A program made the position numbers and the translations under genes. This document shows positions 26,800-40,379 of a stretch of DNA of 64,000 nucleotides, piece by piece (position 1 is the first letter of the stretch; every line of letters starts with the position of its first letter). This stretch comes from Oikopleura dioica. Lineage: Eukaryota > Animalia > Chordata. Location: assembly GCA_907165135.1 (NCBI GenBank), contig OU015567.1, positions 14,074,001-14,138,000 on the forward strand, in the 5' to 3' direction. The notes beneath the pieces are model-generated. The model did not search any database, was not told the origin of the DNA, and saw only the letters and a program-made list of their open reading frames with translations.

Positions 26800-27908
26800 A
26801 TGTTGCTGAAAAACTGCTGTCCAGGAAAAGGGTTGAGAAGATTTAAAAACGGAAGTGGATTGTTGCAAGAAAAATAAGATTTGCCATTTCCACGTCTCCT
26901 CAAAGTTACCTTGCAAAACGTTATTACGTCAGATCAAAATCGCCGCTTTATCCACGCGCAGCTAGATTTTAACCCTTTCAAAAGCCACGGGATTGATTTA
27001 CATCGACTCAGGAAGAACATAACGGAGCTGGATACAAAACTCAAGGAACAAGATGGAAGACATACGAAAGATCGCATTGAATTGAGGGCAAATGATGGTA
27101 GTTTAAAGCAAAGAATAAACAATGTGGAAGCCGATTTGCTAGAGAAGGATAGGCAACAGAATATAATTATTACAAATCTCAAATCTAACAAGGTGCGATC
27201 CAGAAAAATATAGATAGTTTTGCTCAGGTAAAATATTATTTTCAGGCGACGAAGCAAGAGTTAAAAAATGCTCTGGAAACTGCCAAAGAAACACTGCGCG
27301 CTGAAAATGTTCAGAGCAACGATGCTCTCCAAGAAACAATCGAGGAAAGGGGCTATAATCAGTGCGATAAGAGAAGTTGCTAATTGGTGCGTCTATCCTG
27401 TTCTCTGGTCTAACTGTTTCCGCGGCTCACTTTGAAATGTCATTTTGCCGCGCTCATTAGAGGTCAGCCCCTCAACCTTGTCGAGGGCGAAATCGCCACC
27501 TCGGGAACTCAGGAGAACTAACGTGATTGAGCCGCTCCACGTACCAGAACACAGTACTTGACAGATAAAATGCTGACCTGTCACAACTTGTGGTTGTTCT
27601 TGTTCCCCTCAGAATTTCTATCCTGTCAAATGTCAAACAGATGTTGAAATATCCACAGAAAATGCTTGTGTAAGAAGATATATAGCATTATTTCATGTCC
27701 CCTGTGAAAGAACAAACTTGACAAAGAAATCTACGACGTCGACCTTGACTTACGAGAACATATAGATACTTTAGTCAAAGATCTAAAAGAGCAATTGGCT
27801 AAAGAAGCGAGCAAAACTGCAGCGCTAGAAATCCAGCTTTCCAAAATTCAATCCTCATTAAACCAAACGGACAAACTGACGGTCAGGAAAAGCTGCCTAA
27901 TCCATTAG
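26800..27908 (+). CDS. Hypothetical coiled-coil protein (multi-exon)
   Basis: Heptad-rich segments (LRKNITELDTKLKEQ, LKNALETAKETL, LVKDLKEQLAKE..LEIQLSKIQSSL). Exon structure uncertain. Confidence 0.4.
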
Positions 27909-28809
27909 CTCAGTTTCATTTTTCATGATGTTATTCTATTCGAAAATCAGCGATTATGAGATAAAACAAACAACGTGACGTGAAAAGGGATTTAGACGTG
28001 GGACTCATCCCTGCCAAACTCGCCAAAACTTTCAAAAGAAAACTCGCCTCATTGTGCCTTTTTCTGCAATTTTCTTTTTAAAAATATATATATCCAGAAA
28101 ACGAAAAAACGAAAGCTGTCGTGTTGTGTGCCTTTAATCCTTCCTCCCCCACTCAAGTCGAGTTGAACAAACACAACTTGCTCAGAAGCTGACTTAATTT
28201 TTTCAACCTTCCACCGCCGCGGGAGAGATATTGATAAGGCAGCTTTATCGCTCCAGAAATGAGAGAGGAGTTGATAGAGATAGGGCCAGGGCTTACTTAA
28301 GGGACCGGGCTTTGACTGAAGGAAATGAAAATATCCTCTCAAGGAGAGATGTTATGACTGGAGATTCTCATCGGCGAATAGAAACATTTCAAAGCAGAAA
28401 AGAGGGATTAAATTTTTCTCGAAACTAGAATTCGAGAATTTTCGCTGCAGCGTTCAATATGTTCCGAGGCGGCAATTAGCCCCACAAACAGGCACTTCCA
28501 AGAAGACCATTACCCTTAATTGTTTTGGAACAGTCGTTTGGAGAGTGCCGGTAATAGAGAATCTAACGGCGCGTCCCGGCGGTGGAGGAGTCGTTGTTGG
28601 ACAAAGAGCAAAACGCCGCCGTGAATGTTTCATTACACTGGCAGCTTTAGACGCCACATCAGCTCCAGAGGTCAATGTCGTCAGTCTGATCTTGTTCTGA
28701 TCCCTTTTGAAGAGTAACGAGCCCAAAATATCAAGCGCCGGAAATGTTCAGAGGCTCAAGAACACTGCTCTTTTTCCTCTGCCAAATTTGATCTATCCTC
28801 AGTTCACAC

Positions 28810-29062
28810 CTGGGCTCGGCAGCCTGTGTAGAAAACCTGAGTCAGAGTCTGAAAGAGGTAAAATCAAAAGCCGCGTAGCGGCTTTTTTAAAAACGAAGTA
28901 TTTACCAATCAAACCAGTCAAACCAGTATTTATAAATAGATTATAGTGATTGAGTTGCGAAGCCGCTTTGCGGCTTCGTTTTTAAAAAAGCCGCTACGCG
29001 GCTTTTGATTTTACCTTTTTCAGACCCTGACTCAGGTTTTTCACACAGGTTGCCGAGCCCAG
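28810..29062. mobile_element. CCTGAGTCAGG hAT-MITE, best-preserved copy
   Basis: TIRs CTGGGCTCGGCA(G/A)CCTGTG; 8-bp TSD GTTCACAC (28802-28809 / 29063-29070). Confidence 0.9.
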
Positions 29063-29948
29063 GTTCACACGTCAAACGTTATTTCATCTTGGCATCTGAA
29101 AGGGTTGAAAATTAACCCTAATCGACCCGTGATGCAACGTTTTAGCCCCCTGTTAGGATAATTGAGCCGCACCCAGTTTTCAAACGCAAATAGAGGGATT
29201 TCCTTTCATGAATCATGATGCAGAATCCGTTGAAAAAGGTGCATCAAAGTACGTGCGCCACGCTTGCTCTCAAAACAACCGCTTTATTGTCGAAACAGCT
29301 CTCATCCGAATGGAGGAGGATGACGGACGTTGTGTATAAGACGACAGTTACTAACGCGAGCGTTTCATCCGCGCCGCCGGACTTATAATTGAGCGATGTT
29401 TTAAGGGAAGCAGTATCGAAGAGCTTCTTTTCCAGGAGACTTTTTTTTCGCTGTTTTTGCCCATTTCGAAACAGTCAAAGTCTGAAACTTTGGAAAACAT
29501 AACATCGCCGCCTTGTGAAACAATATTCTAGCCACTTATGGAACATGTTCCAACACTGGCAGGACGTGTTGTTGAAGCACTTAACCCGCTGACGCGTGGC
29601 ACTCTTCGTCCCGCGTCTGAACGGGGAGAGTTTTTTTTTCACGAAAGCTGCAGTTCGTTTGGTACAGTATCTTGCTCGTCACCTGGGAGGTAGGAATTCC
29701 TGGATTGGGGACAGCAAAGACGTGAAGGTATTATGCGGTCAGCGCGAACGGGATTCAAAATTCCAATCCGCCGTTACTGGCGACATTCACTGTTAAGGAG
29801 CCCTAGAACAGAAGCCCTGCACTGGAATAATCCTCTATACAAAATATGCATTACACGATCGTGAGAGCAAGAAACAAATCGCCATCAACAACATCGGTAC
29901 ATTTCCCTGGTACGTTTATCTCGCATATGCATGACAGGTGCTTATGGA

Positions 29949-30623
29949 TAGGGTCGACGAGCGAAAAATCAACCCCTAAAACCCCTTCAGGTAACTGCCC
30001 GAAACTTTGGGACTATATGTATTTTGGCCCATCTTAAAAATTTGTAATTGAAAATTTTTTGGTATGATCACGTGATCATGTGATACGGACCCTCGAAAAG
30101 CTAGAAAAGCTTGCCAACCTCGATCCCCTGACTGCAGGTGATCATAATGTAGCTCACATAAAAGAGCACAAAAAGTCCTTCCTATAGAATCCAAAACATT
30201 TTTGGTGGCGAGATCACATGACTCGCTAGAGGGAAATGAAGCGTCCAAAATGGCCCTTTTTGCAATGTATTTTGGCCTGAGTAACCCGTGAAACCTGGAT
30301 TTTTACCTCAATTTTAGCGAGTTTTGAGTCCTTATATAGCTTCTAGCGTGTCCTGTAAAGACGACACCAAGAATTTTTTTGACTAAACCACTAGAACAAA
30401 CCAAGACCTTTCTTTTTAGCCTAACGAGAAGATGATGCCATAAGGGGATCAAGCTCGGCAAGCTTTTCTAGCTTTTCGAAGGTCAGTAACCCGTGATCAC
30501 GTGGTCAGACCAAAAAATTTTCAATAACAATTTTTTTAGTTGGGCCCAAATACATATTGTCCCAAAGTTTCAAGTCTTTACCAAAAAGGGTTCTTGGGGT
30601 TGAATTTTTGCTCGTCGGCCCTA
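29949..30623. mobile_element. Non-autonomous hAT-type element with ~180-bp imperfect inverted arms
   Basis: TAGGGTCGACGAGC ... GCTCGTCGGCCCTA; 8-bp TSD CTTATGGA (29941-29948 / 30624-30631). Confidence 0.85.
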
Positions 30624-31579
30624 CTTATGGAATACAAATTAGCGGTTGCGAGGTGAACCGAAGAAGATGTGACGCTTTTCGCCGAACGAGAATTTCGCGC
30701 GTTCATTTCACATGCAAAAATAAGGGTCCTGGCTTCCGCTTTTTGGGCGGACGAATCCGGTGTGGCGTAAGAAATAATATACAGTCGAATCCAGGAATGC
30801 CAAGACTTAGGAACAACTTTTTAAAAGAATATCTCTCTCTCTCATTTTATTGGTCGATAAAAAATTGCGCCATCGTGCGGAAAATCGATCAAAAAGTAGA
30901 CATAAGAATTAAACAGTTCACCTGTACCATAAATTTTTAATTAAGGCTTCCCCCGAAGAGAAAACATTTCTTTGACATAACTACAAATGCCGTTAACAAA
31001 TTCTAGTATAGTATGGTTGTTTAAAAAGGGACACCGAAAACATCGCGTAATTACGACTTACGAACTAATCTGGTTGAATTGCCTTCTGTATGTTGTAAGA
31101 GAAAAGACTGTAGTTTGCTTAATGATTACTTGGAATCCTTATCACTGTCAAAGTGAGCTGGCATTCTAGATTTTACATGAGATGGGCCCTCTCAAAATGG
31201 GCCCTCATTAGCGGTACTGCTATCAAATCATCGAAGTCGGCGATTTTTCTAAACCGCTGTGCTTGAGCACCTCGGTCGGAAATCGATCTCAATTGATAGT
31301 AACTAGCAAAGACTTAATATTTTAGACTCCCGTACTTTCTGAGAAGAAAACGGGATGAAAAGCGTGCGCGCCGGATGAGGTTTCCAGGGTCGGGATTTAA
31401 ATATAGATTTGCGTTACTGCCGGATTTTCATGCGGTCACGTGATCGAAAAACAAAGCATAAGAGGATCACACAAAAAAAGAACATGGATTTTAACTCAGG
31501 ACTTGGACGTGCGCTCCGTAACCTGGAATTCAAAGATCCTACTTTTTGTAGTAAATAGTTTGTCATTCATTTTTTTAAT

Positions 31580-31772
31580 CAGAAGCCGCGTAGCAGCTTT
31601 TTTTAAACGAAGCCGCGAAGCGGCTTTTGAAGAATTAAGATTGAGATTTCAATTTTGCGAAGCCGCTACGCGGCTTTGTCTAAGAAAAAGCCGCTCCGCG
31701 GCTTTTCGTCTAGGGTTTAGTAATACTTTTAAAAGTAATCCTGACTCAGGGAGCCTGACTCAGGTTATCTAC
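31580..31772. mobile_element. Partial CCTGAGTCAGG hAT-MITE
   Basis: AAGCCGC/GCGGCTT hairpins and tandem CCTGACTCAGG. Confidence 0.6.
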
Positions 31773-32271
31773 TCTCAGTTTTAAATATTCAATAGGCTTT
31801 GATAATTTATTTCAACCCGTTTTGCCCGGTTAATAATCCCTTCCTTTATGACGAACAAGTCAAGAACTTGATCATCGGCCCTCCTGGAGTCGAATTTTAA
31901 CTCATCAATCCGGCTCAGTACGATCCACTTTCTAATCTGGCCGCTAATCCCTGCACACGTTTCCGAAACCGAATCTTAATTGATCGAACTGCGGCTCCAC
32001 CAAAAGTCGAGTCGCAATTTTCTCTCATAAAGAAAAAAAGGTTGAAACTTTATGAGGTCACGTGTCTCGAAACTATTAGCAAAAAAAAGAGAGTACCAGG
32101 AGTAATTCTAGCGGCATGCTGAGGGCTGAGAGAGAGGGGGATGAAGCATTTTTTGCGTGTCGGAAATATTCTAATCGATTTTCTTTTCGATTTTAGATGG
32201 TCGCTTATTTCGTCATTTATTACTGATAGAATTTTTAAAAAGAAAAGAAGACAATTTTATTTTGTTCATTT

Positions 32272-32668
32272 TAAGGAGGTAGATATCAAAAATCGCCATT
32301 TTCCGTCAGACTTTTCTCCCGAAGTTAAAATAGTGACACCCTTATTTTACTTTGAAAACAAAAACTTTAGACCTTTCTCTATTTCTTATGGAAGCCAAAA
32401 TTTCGAATTTCAAAAAAAATTTTTAACCAAATTTATCGTCAAACATCGCTAACTTTCCTAAAATGGTCATTTTGGCGACAATCGGAGGTGCCCGATTTGC
32501 ATTGTAGCACCTCGAAAGCTCAAGAAATCTAAATTTTTGGCTTCCATAGGAAAGAGATAATTGTCGGAAATAAATTTTGAGCAGAAAAATAAGGGGGTCA
32601 CTATGTTAAAAATTAACTTTCACTATGAAAACACTGACAGAAAATCCAATTCTTGATACCTACCCCTT
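32272..32668. mobile_element. Degenerate non-autonomous TIR element (possibly Kolobok-like)
   Basis: Nested inverted repeats AGGTAGATATCAA/TTGATACCTACC, AGTGACACCCTTATTTT/AAAATAAGGGGGTCACT and TATGGAAGCCAAAA/TTTTGGCTTCCATA; TTAA at the left end. Confidence 0.5.
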
Positions 32669-33388
32669 GCTAATTCTTTTGGAAATTCCTTAATCATTAG
32701 ATAATAAAAATTTATTTAACCAACATTTTGGTTGATGAGTTAACCAAAATAAACCGCGAATAAACCGTCATTTCCCTGCCGTCATTTTCATCCCTGCTGC
32801 CAAAATATTGCGATAAGTCGAAATTACGCGCGATAAGTTGGTCTATCGGCACCCCATGATACCATGAAAGACGACGTTGAGAATTTTTGATAACAAGAAA
32901 ATGAAACGCACAAATTGGGTCCGCCATCTCGTCAAAACGTTTTCTGGGTTAGATTCGCCGATGGTGTGAAATTTTTAACCCTACCGCCGCGATCTGGCAC
33001 GTGACGAAATACGGCTCTTTTCTACGATTGAAGCTCGGGAAAATTGATTATGATTTTCTAACCCCTAGAAATCAAATGAATGAACAGTCCTTTTTCATTT
33101 AACTATTGAATTATTGTTTCTCGCTCCGCCCTTATTTACGATGTCTAAATTTGACAGCGTAAGGGGAACAGCGACCTAATTCGGTAAAAGACAAAGTATT
33201 TGCTAATGCCTTTAGAACAGGGCAATAGGTTAAATTCTGAATTATGCTCTGAACCCAGTATTACTTAGATACCGGGGAAAACCTTGTGTTTCTTGTTTAT
33301 AATTCAAGCAAGCTTGTGTGACATTATCAACCTCTTCCCTTGGAATCAAATATTCATACATACTAAATTGAACATCTCTCCTAAAAAA

Positions 33389-33571
33389 CTAAGCTCGGTA
33401 ACCTGTGTAGAAACCCTGAGTCAGGTTCTGAAAGAGCTTAAATGAAAGTGGCTTCGCGGCTTTTTCCAAAACGAAGCCGCAATTTCAGTCGTTTCTGCGG
33501 CTTCGTTTTCAAAAAAAACGCCGCTCTTTCAGGACCTGACTCAGGTTTTCTACGTAGGTTGCAGAGTCCAG
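33389..33571. mobile_element. CCTGAGTCAGG hAT-MITE family copy
   Basis: Both TIRs and the core are present. Confidence 0.7.
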
Positions 33572-36092
33572 GAAAAATCGCTGTTATTTCATTTCTAAAT
33601 CCAATTTTTGACATGAGAAATTTAATCTGCTAAAAGTGCTTTTTTCACTGAAAAAATCTTTCTTTCCTGTCAACATTTTGTCAGGCGCACTTTTAAAAAA
33701 AGAGGAAGGAAAGACCCTCGAATCTAAAATTTGAGCTTCTCACGCTGTTCAATTTTTAACGCGAAATTCGAGCTGAAACGCGAATTAGAGGAGAGCAAAT
33801 TGCGTCGAAAATTATTTAATGAAGATTGAGCGTGATTTTTGCACGGGATAAAGAGTTTAATCGCAGGTCAAAGGCGATCACGTGGCCTTTTTCTGAGGAG
33901 AAGAATCGTTTCTTTCGAGTATCGGTTCTTGATTTTGGAACTCAGCTGTCATCTTTGGTGACAGGGCGGTACTCAAGTGCTCCTTCCTCCTTTTTTCTTT
34001 TGCGGTTCAAAACGTCATTTTTGCGCGTTCCGAGGGAAATTGAAATCCAAAGTTGAAATTTCTGTAATTTTCGGACGGCGAAGGAGCTAAGCGACGTCTG
34101 GAATGTGAGAATTATATGCTCGATGCACTCGACAATTTAATCCAACAGTTATGCCGCACTCCAACTTAGATAGAATCATGCACACCCTTTGGCCTCTTGT
34201 TATCCTCACCAGCGAACTTGAAGGGAGAATAAAACAAAGCAACTTCGTAAGAACCGATTCAAGTAACCACTGTTTCATTCAGATAGCTCAAAATATCATC
34301 GTGACACCCGTATTTTTCATCCATCAAAAGAGCAATTTTGTGAAATTTTCTCGAAGAATTAGCATTGTGACACCCTTATTTTATCTTTCCAAAATGAAGG
34401 TTTTGCTTCAAATATTCATCGTTAACAGAGGTATACCCTTATTTTGTCTACCTATATTCATGTTTTTTTTCTGCTAAAAACTGGTCTTTATCTTGTCATT
34501 TTTAGTAAAAGAAATCAGAATTTAATTCTTGTCAATTTGTTAAAAAATCAAATTGATGACGAGTATATTATTTTAGCAAATGAATCGGCGGGGTACGATG
34601 AACCTTCCAAACGACGACACTCACAAATATTAGATTTACTCGACTCTTTTTGAGTGGAAACTCTTACTAGTGCTAGTCGTGGCTTTTCGTTTTTCTGGGG
34701 ATGAGCTCCAAATAAATACGGATAAAGTAAATCAAAGATAGTGACGGTGTCTCTTCGCCAGAACAAGATTGAACACGATAAAGACGGGCTACAGGTAGCT
34801 TTAGGGGAATACAGTAAGTGCAGGAGTGTTTGGAAAACGGAGAAAGTGGGATAATCCATCGTGAAAAAAGGGCAGACAGCGAGTATAAAGCGCGGGAGGC
34901 GATAAACTAGAAATCCTGGAGCGCACGCTCTCTTATCAACAACTGCTCGAAATAGATACTGTTGCTCAAAAAACAGTTATAAGCTCAGGCAATTTATTAT
35001 TAGATTTTCATTCTTTCTGCATCTTTGTCGAAAAAAAGAGAATCAAGTGCGGCGTCTTTTTATACCGTAATTTTTCTAAAAGTAATTCTGTTTGTGCAAT
35101 TAAAAGTAACGTTAGCGAGAAAAGTAGATCGGAATAAATAAAGCGGCCCGCTAGGCAAGGAACTGGATTATGCGATACTCATTAAATCCTTCCCGTAAAA
35201 ACATAAAGGCAAAAAGTTCGCTGAAGCAACATTCTATTATTTAGAAATTAATAGGCGACGAAATATCGAATACAAAGAAGATCACTTTTTCTCTTAATTT
35301 TCAATTAAAAAAGACACCTTTTTATCGAAAAAATATTCTTATTTTCCAAAGAGTAAAATGAACGACTTAAAAACTCAAAAATTTTATTTAAAAATATTTT
35401 TTTTTAATTTTATTTTGTCAAAAAACAAAGCCCTTTTCTTTAAAAAATTCTCTCACCTTCGAAAATCTTCTCGGGAATCTTCAAAAACTCTCTTTTTGCT
35501 CTCCAAAATGAATAAAGACAGTGAAAAAAGACATTGAAACAGGTCACTTTTCAATAAAAAACATTCATAGGCTTGCAAAGTTAGTCATTTTTCTTCCTTT
35601 TTCAAAAATCGTGAAAATTCAGGCGGCGCTGCTCCCGAGCGCCATCGCGTTTTTTCCTCTTCGCGCGCGATATCGGGCTCGCTTAGAATTCTAGCGGCGC
35701 GAGAGAGCTAGAATTTTGTTTTGAATGCTTTAACAATCCCTTATCAATAGAATATTCAAATTACAACCCTTCCGAAATCTAATTACTTATTCAGAAAAAA
35801 TATTACTCGGTAAAATATTATTTTCGCAGCTTTTTCGAGCTTCAATTTCATAATCCATTTTCGGGTTGAATCAATTTTCTTTTAACGCAAACCGCCGCAG
35901 CACATGGTTCTATTGGTGGCGCTTCTTTCACCTGACTTTTGGTGCTTTTTAGAAACATTTTACCTTGAAAACATTCGTCAATGCGTTTTCACTAATGATC
36001 TTATTCAGTATGTTGACGACGACTTGCGTAAGCAAATAGTTCTTTTTTCGTTATATATTTTAGCAGTCAGGATATCGGATAAACAGGCTTTT

Positions 36093-38183
36093 TTATTGAT
36101 AGGAGTGCATTTCCAGCAGATTTTCGTCGTTTTCCTCAAGAGATTTCTTCGGATTGTTTCGTCTTCTTTTACATCCAGGTGACCATGAAACTGTCCAAAA
36201 ACAATTCATCAAAAACGCAATAATAGATAAAGGTATAACCGTACGAAGTATAATGGGTATGGGTTCATTCCAGAGTCTCTGGAACCGACCCTTATCAAAT
36301 TCATCGAAGATAGAAACAATAAGAAGTATAATAGCATGTTCAACTTGCATAAAAGTGAAATTAATAAAACCCTAGAAATTGGACTATACTAATTGTTTTG
36401 ATAAATTCACCGGAATGACATTATCAGCATTGCTATTTTCAAGGTCGTAGTAAACAATCTTTGATAAAGCCAGAATAACATCTTGTTCCTTTGCACAGCA
36501 ATCAATTACTAGCACAATAATACCATGACCAAGAAGAATGATCGGAACCACCCAGTACAAGGGGTCCATCACGACATCAGAATCCTGATCATCATACAAA
36601 AAACCAACACTGATAATCACAGTGACAACCATGAGAAAAAATCGAACGAACATTTGAAAAAGGAACTATGAAATGTTATTTTATATAATATTTGTTTGCA
36701 ATTATTTTTTGACAATTATTTATTGCTAATTATTTACCATAAAAAATATGTAGATTTTTTGACAAATCGATAATTGATCCGGATATTGAAGATCGCTTTT
36801 ACGAGAAGTAACCATTAATAACAGAGACAAGGACGATGTCGCCAGTGAAATATTTCTCATAATAACTTCATACCACTCGCCATATTCGACTTTGTCGCAG
36901 AACTCGTTGTCCGTTACATACATACATTTTAAAAATATCAAAATTTGCAGAAATAACTAAATTTTTATTAAAAATGGAAAATCTTCATCTCTTTGGATTA
37001 CCTGCGGAGCCGCTTCAGTTGTTCCTTCCAGAAGCCGCAATTTGAAAATATCAGTGTCAAGATCCGTACCTGATCGAAACGGATTCTTGAGCAGCTCCCA
37101 GAAATGCAGAAGAGGGCCAAACAGAAATATATGACACAAAATAACCGGAACCGATCTACTGCCCTTTGACTTGTATCGCGAAGATTTGAAAAGTGAATGA
37201 AATGCCACCAGCCAACCAGAAAGAACAGTTATGAGAATCGTTATGCCTCCCCAGACAACATTCTTTGTAAGGAAGTATTGGATTCCGAGAAAAATGTCAG
37301 AACTTAAGGGATCCCCCCCGTTTTCGCCATTTTCGACGGCAAACTACTTTTTTTTGGGCTTTCAATTTTACGCGTGCAATAGCGCAAATGAAAGCTCTTT
37401 TATAGCGACTAATTCTCTAGTACAGAGATAAAAATTCATAAACGCAAACCTGCCACACGGGGGCGCTGAAGTTAGTGTATTTTGAAAAAACGCCGTTTTC
37501 GGTCATTTTCAAGGGCAAACTACTTTTTTTTAGGCTTAGTTAGAATAAATCTGCGACTGGATTTAGAAAGGGTAGAGTTTAATCTTAAAACTCTAGTACA
37601 GAGAAGTCATTTGGTCAAGTAATAAAAAATTTTTCTTAAGAACAACCAAATGTACCTATTTTTGGCGTTTTTTGGTGTTTTTTCGCTCTCTAGCGCCAAC
37701 ATAAGGCTGATATTTCTTGTGCGGTTATGATTTTCTTATTCAGTACGTTCTAAGCTTTCGATAGACCCCTTATATGTCTTATTTCGATGACATTAAAAAA
37801 TCGAAAAAAAATCCGATTTTCACGCTAAGTACAATTTACATGCATTTTGGCAATTTTCGGCTAAAATTTCGGGGATAGATGTTCGTTAAGGGGTCATGTG
37901 ATACATCAAAATGATCCTAAAAACACGAGGAATCTGAAAATACCAAATATAGACCCTTATCAACCACTTGAAAAAACAGGGGGGGGATCCCTTAATTGCA
38001 AATTGTTATACCAAATATGGGTTTTGTTGTTGGTACTTATATAAATTGATCAAAGTCTATGTTATTCTTACCCTACATCAGTCACAAAGAGAGCAATTTT
38101 TAGAATGATTTTTACATATGGGAAGATTATGTTCTTGAAGAATTCGATACTCTTGGTAAGTCTTTCAGCGTTCTCTGTTTTCA
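36093..38183 (-). CDS. XK-related (scramblase family) multi-pass membrane protein, possibly decaying
   Basis: LFVTDVG-SDIFLGIQYF, HIFLFGPLLHFWE and KLRLLEGTTEAAPQ match XK-family motifs; several TM exons. Termini uncertain (stops upstream). Confidence 0.65.
37308..37991. mobile_element. Kolobok-like non-autonomous element in the XK gene intron
   Basis: TTAA TSD (37304-37307 / 37992-37995); TIR GGGATCCCCCCC; RR..YY termini are Kolobok-type, whereas piggyBac starts CC. Confidence 0.75.
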
Positions 38184-38874
38184 TTTTCTCATGTATGGTC
38201 CTTACAGTATGGAGTCAATTTTTTAATAAAGGCAAATGTTTGCTCAATGATTGCACGAAAGAAAATACCATGATTCTCACTTCTGACTGACTAGATTTTG
38301 TACCAATATTGAAGCAACATTATTCACTTTCCAGCATTCAATGTTATTTTTTTCTTCAGCTCGAAATCGAATTTTATCAACGCTTGTCCCCGTTCATTCA
38401 ACATTTAAATCATCAAATTTTCGGATTTTTGGATTTTCATGTTTTGGTGAGCTCATTATTTTTCAAAAAACGGGAGCGGATCTAAACAGCTACTTGTGGA
38501 AGTGGTGATTTGCTTCCAAAACGTGCGCCTGATCGATCCGCCTTGCTCTTGGCTTGTTTATCATGAGAAACATTGCAAAATACTTAGTGCAGGCAAATCC
38601 ATCACAAGAAAAATGGTGTTTGATTACGTCCAAAATTATCGCTCAAAATATGATCCATGAAATCTCTTCCGTCTTTTTCTTGAATCTTTGTTCTTTAAAA
38701 AAAGTCGGATTCCCGGATGAACGTGCTCTAGAAATGCTAGAAACAGCACGTGTGATTTATGCGGTTCAATTTTTCAAATCTCCGAATTTCAGGCGTCTTT
38801 CTTTTCTTCCCAGAATGAGCCACGTGATGAGATTAAATATTCCTTCACATGGAAGAATACTGAGCTAACGGACT

Positions 38875-39000
38875 CTTGGCTCGGCAACCTGAGTCAGGGT
38901 CGTATGAAAGAGCTAAAACGAAAAGGCGCGGCTCAATTTTGCGAAGCTACTAAAAATCAGGTCCTGACTCAGGTTTTTCTGCACAGTTTGCCAAACCAAA
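38875..39000. mobile_element. CCTGAGTCAGG hAT-MITE family copy (degenerate)
   Basis: CTTGGCTCGGCAACCTGAGTCAGG ... CCTGACTCAGGTTTT. Confidence 0.6.
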
Positions 39001-39949
39001 AAATGAGATATTTTCAGCACTGACATTTTCAGAGTTTTCGGGAACTGTCGACGGAGATCCATCGATTCTTCGAGCATCATTGGGATACTCAATGGATCAG
39101 TTGTTTCACCGGGCGGTTGAAGTCGTAACAGGGTGGACCCGACCCGGTCTCAATCACGATAGTCTAAGCTAGCGTCCTCATCAATTCCATTTTGAACCTG
39201 CAACCATCCTCAGCCCTCCAAAAAGACGGGATGATCTCGTTCTTTTTACCGTTATGGTGCGTGTTTTCAAGAGAAACCAATTTGTCATTTTGGGATCAAA
39301 GGAACAAACTTGATTTGCTTAGAAATTTTCTAGCGGCGTTTTTACACTTTGCCCGCGTCGTAATTCAATGATTTTAAAAATGAAATTAATCACGATTCTT
39401 GGAGCATCAGTAATTTATTTTCGGCCGGAAGAAACTTGCTTTTCATCAAAAGTAGGCTTGAACGTTAGGCTCTTAGGAGCAGAATGTGAAATTCTAGTGA
39501 CACGCACATGTTTTAGAGCTGCGTTTTTCTAGCTGAGCCGAAAATTGGCGCTTCTCGAGCTCCACCATCAATCTAACAGAAAGCTTCTATTGTGGGAAGA
39601 TTCAATTTTCTTGACCAAAACGGATTTTACAGAAATTCTTAACAAATTTTGTTAAAACTATTTAAAAAATAGTCGAAATTTTGCGTCAGATCTTTGAAAA
39701 CAGAATTTGTCATTGAAAAACACTTTGGGCGTAAAAATATCATCCCTTTTTTGAGGATGAAAGAGCAGCCGACCGAGAAAGGGAAAAACGCAAAAGTCGC
39801 GAAAGCTGGTCGCTAGTAGTTATAGTAGTGACCCGCATTCAGCCAATTTCTCTTGCTGCTCATTGGCTCGCTGTTTCGGAGCACTGTTCCCTGGCACTCA
39901 CGCTGCTCAAGGCGAATTTGTTCATCAGATTCCGTATGTACTCATAATT

Positions 39950-40075
39950 AAGCATATTCATATATTACGTAATAGTTACATAATTATGCATATAATATTC
40001 ACATATGCATATAATATTCACATATGCATATAATATGCACATATGCATATTGATTACGTAATAGTTACGTAATCG
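39950..40075. repeat. Subterminal tandem and palindromic repeats of the Polinton TIR
   Basis: 19-bp unit ATGCATATAATATTCACAT x~3, flanked by ATTACGTAATAGTTAC repeats. Confidence 0.85.
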
Positions 40076-40379
40076 AAAAAATGGCTAAAAACTAAATGCT
40101 GTTCATTTAGCTTCGTCGCCGGGCAAACTGAGCTGAATGTCGAGCTGCAGCTCGACCCCGATACCAGTGCTCCATATCGATCGGCAGAACAAACCATTCA
40201 TCAAACGGCGTCGCAGAACAAACCATTTTCCATCATGCCAACTGCCCAACAAGTCCAAAACTGTTTCGGTGCTTCATTACCCAAAGTGTACTTCCTGACT
40301 GGTACAATATCGATATTATACAACGCACTGTAATCTGTCTATTTTTAAGAAGCCCGAATGAAAATGATCAGTTGCCAAA

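Noticed and set aside
21000-35900. Many 60-130 aa ORFs
   Set aside because: They are AT-rich, repeat-derived or non-ATG ORFs with no recognisable domains (except the coiled-coil gene at 26.8-27.9 kb).
37308-37991. piggyBac assignment
   Set aside because: The TTAA TSD fits, but the termini are GG..CC rather than CC..GG.
39975-40052. CRISPR-like array
   Set aside because: Repeats are contiguous with no unique spacers, the context is eukaryotic, and there are no cas genes. The same applies to 60536-60603.
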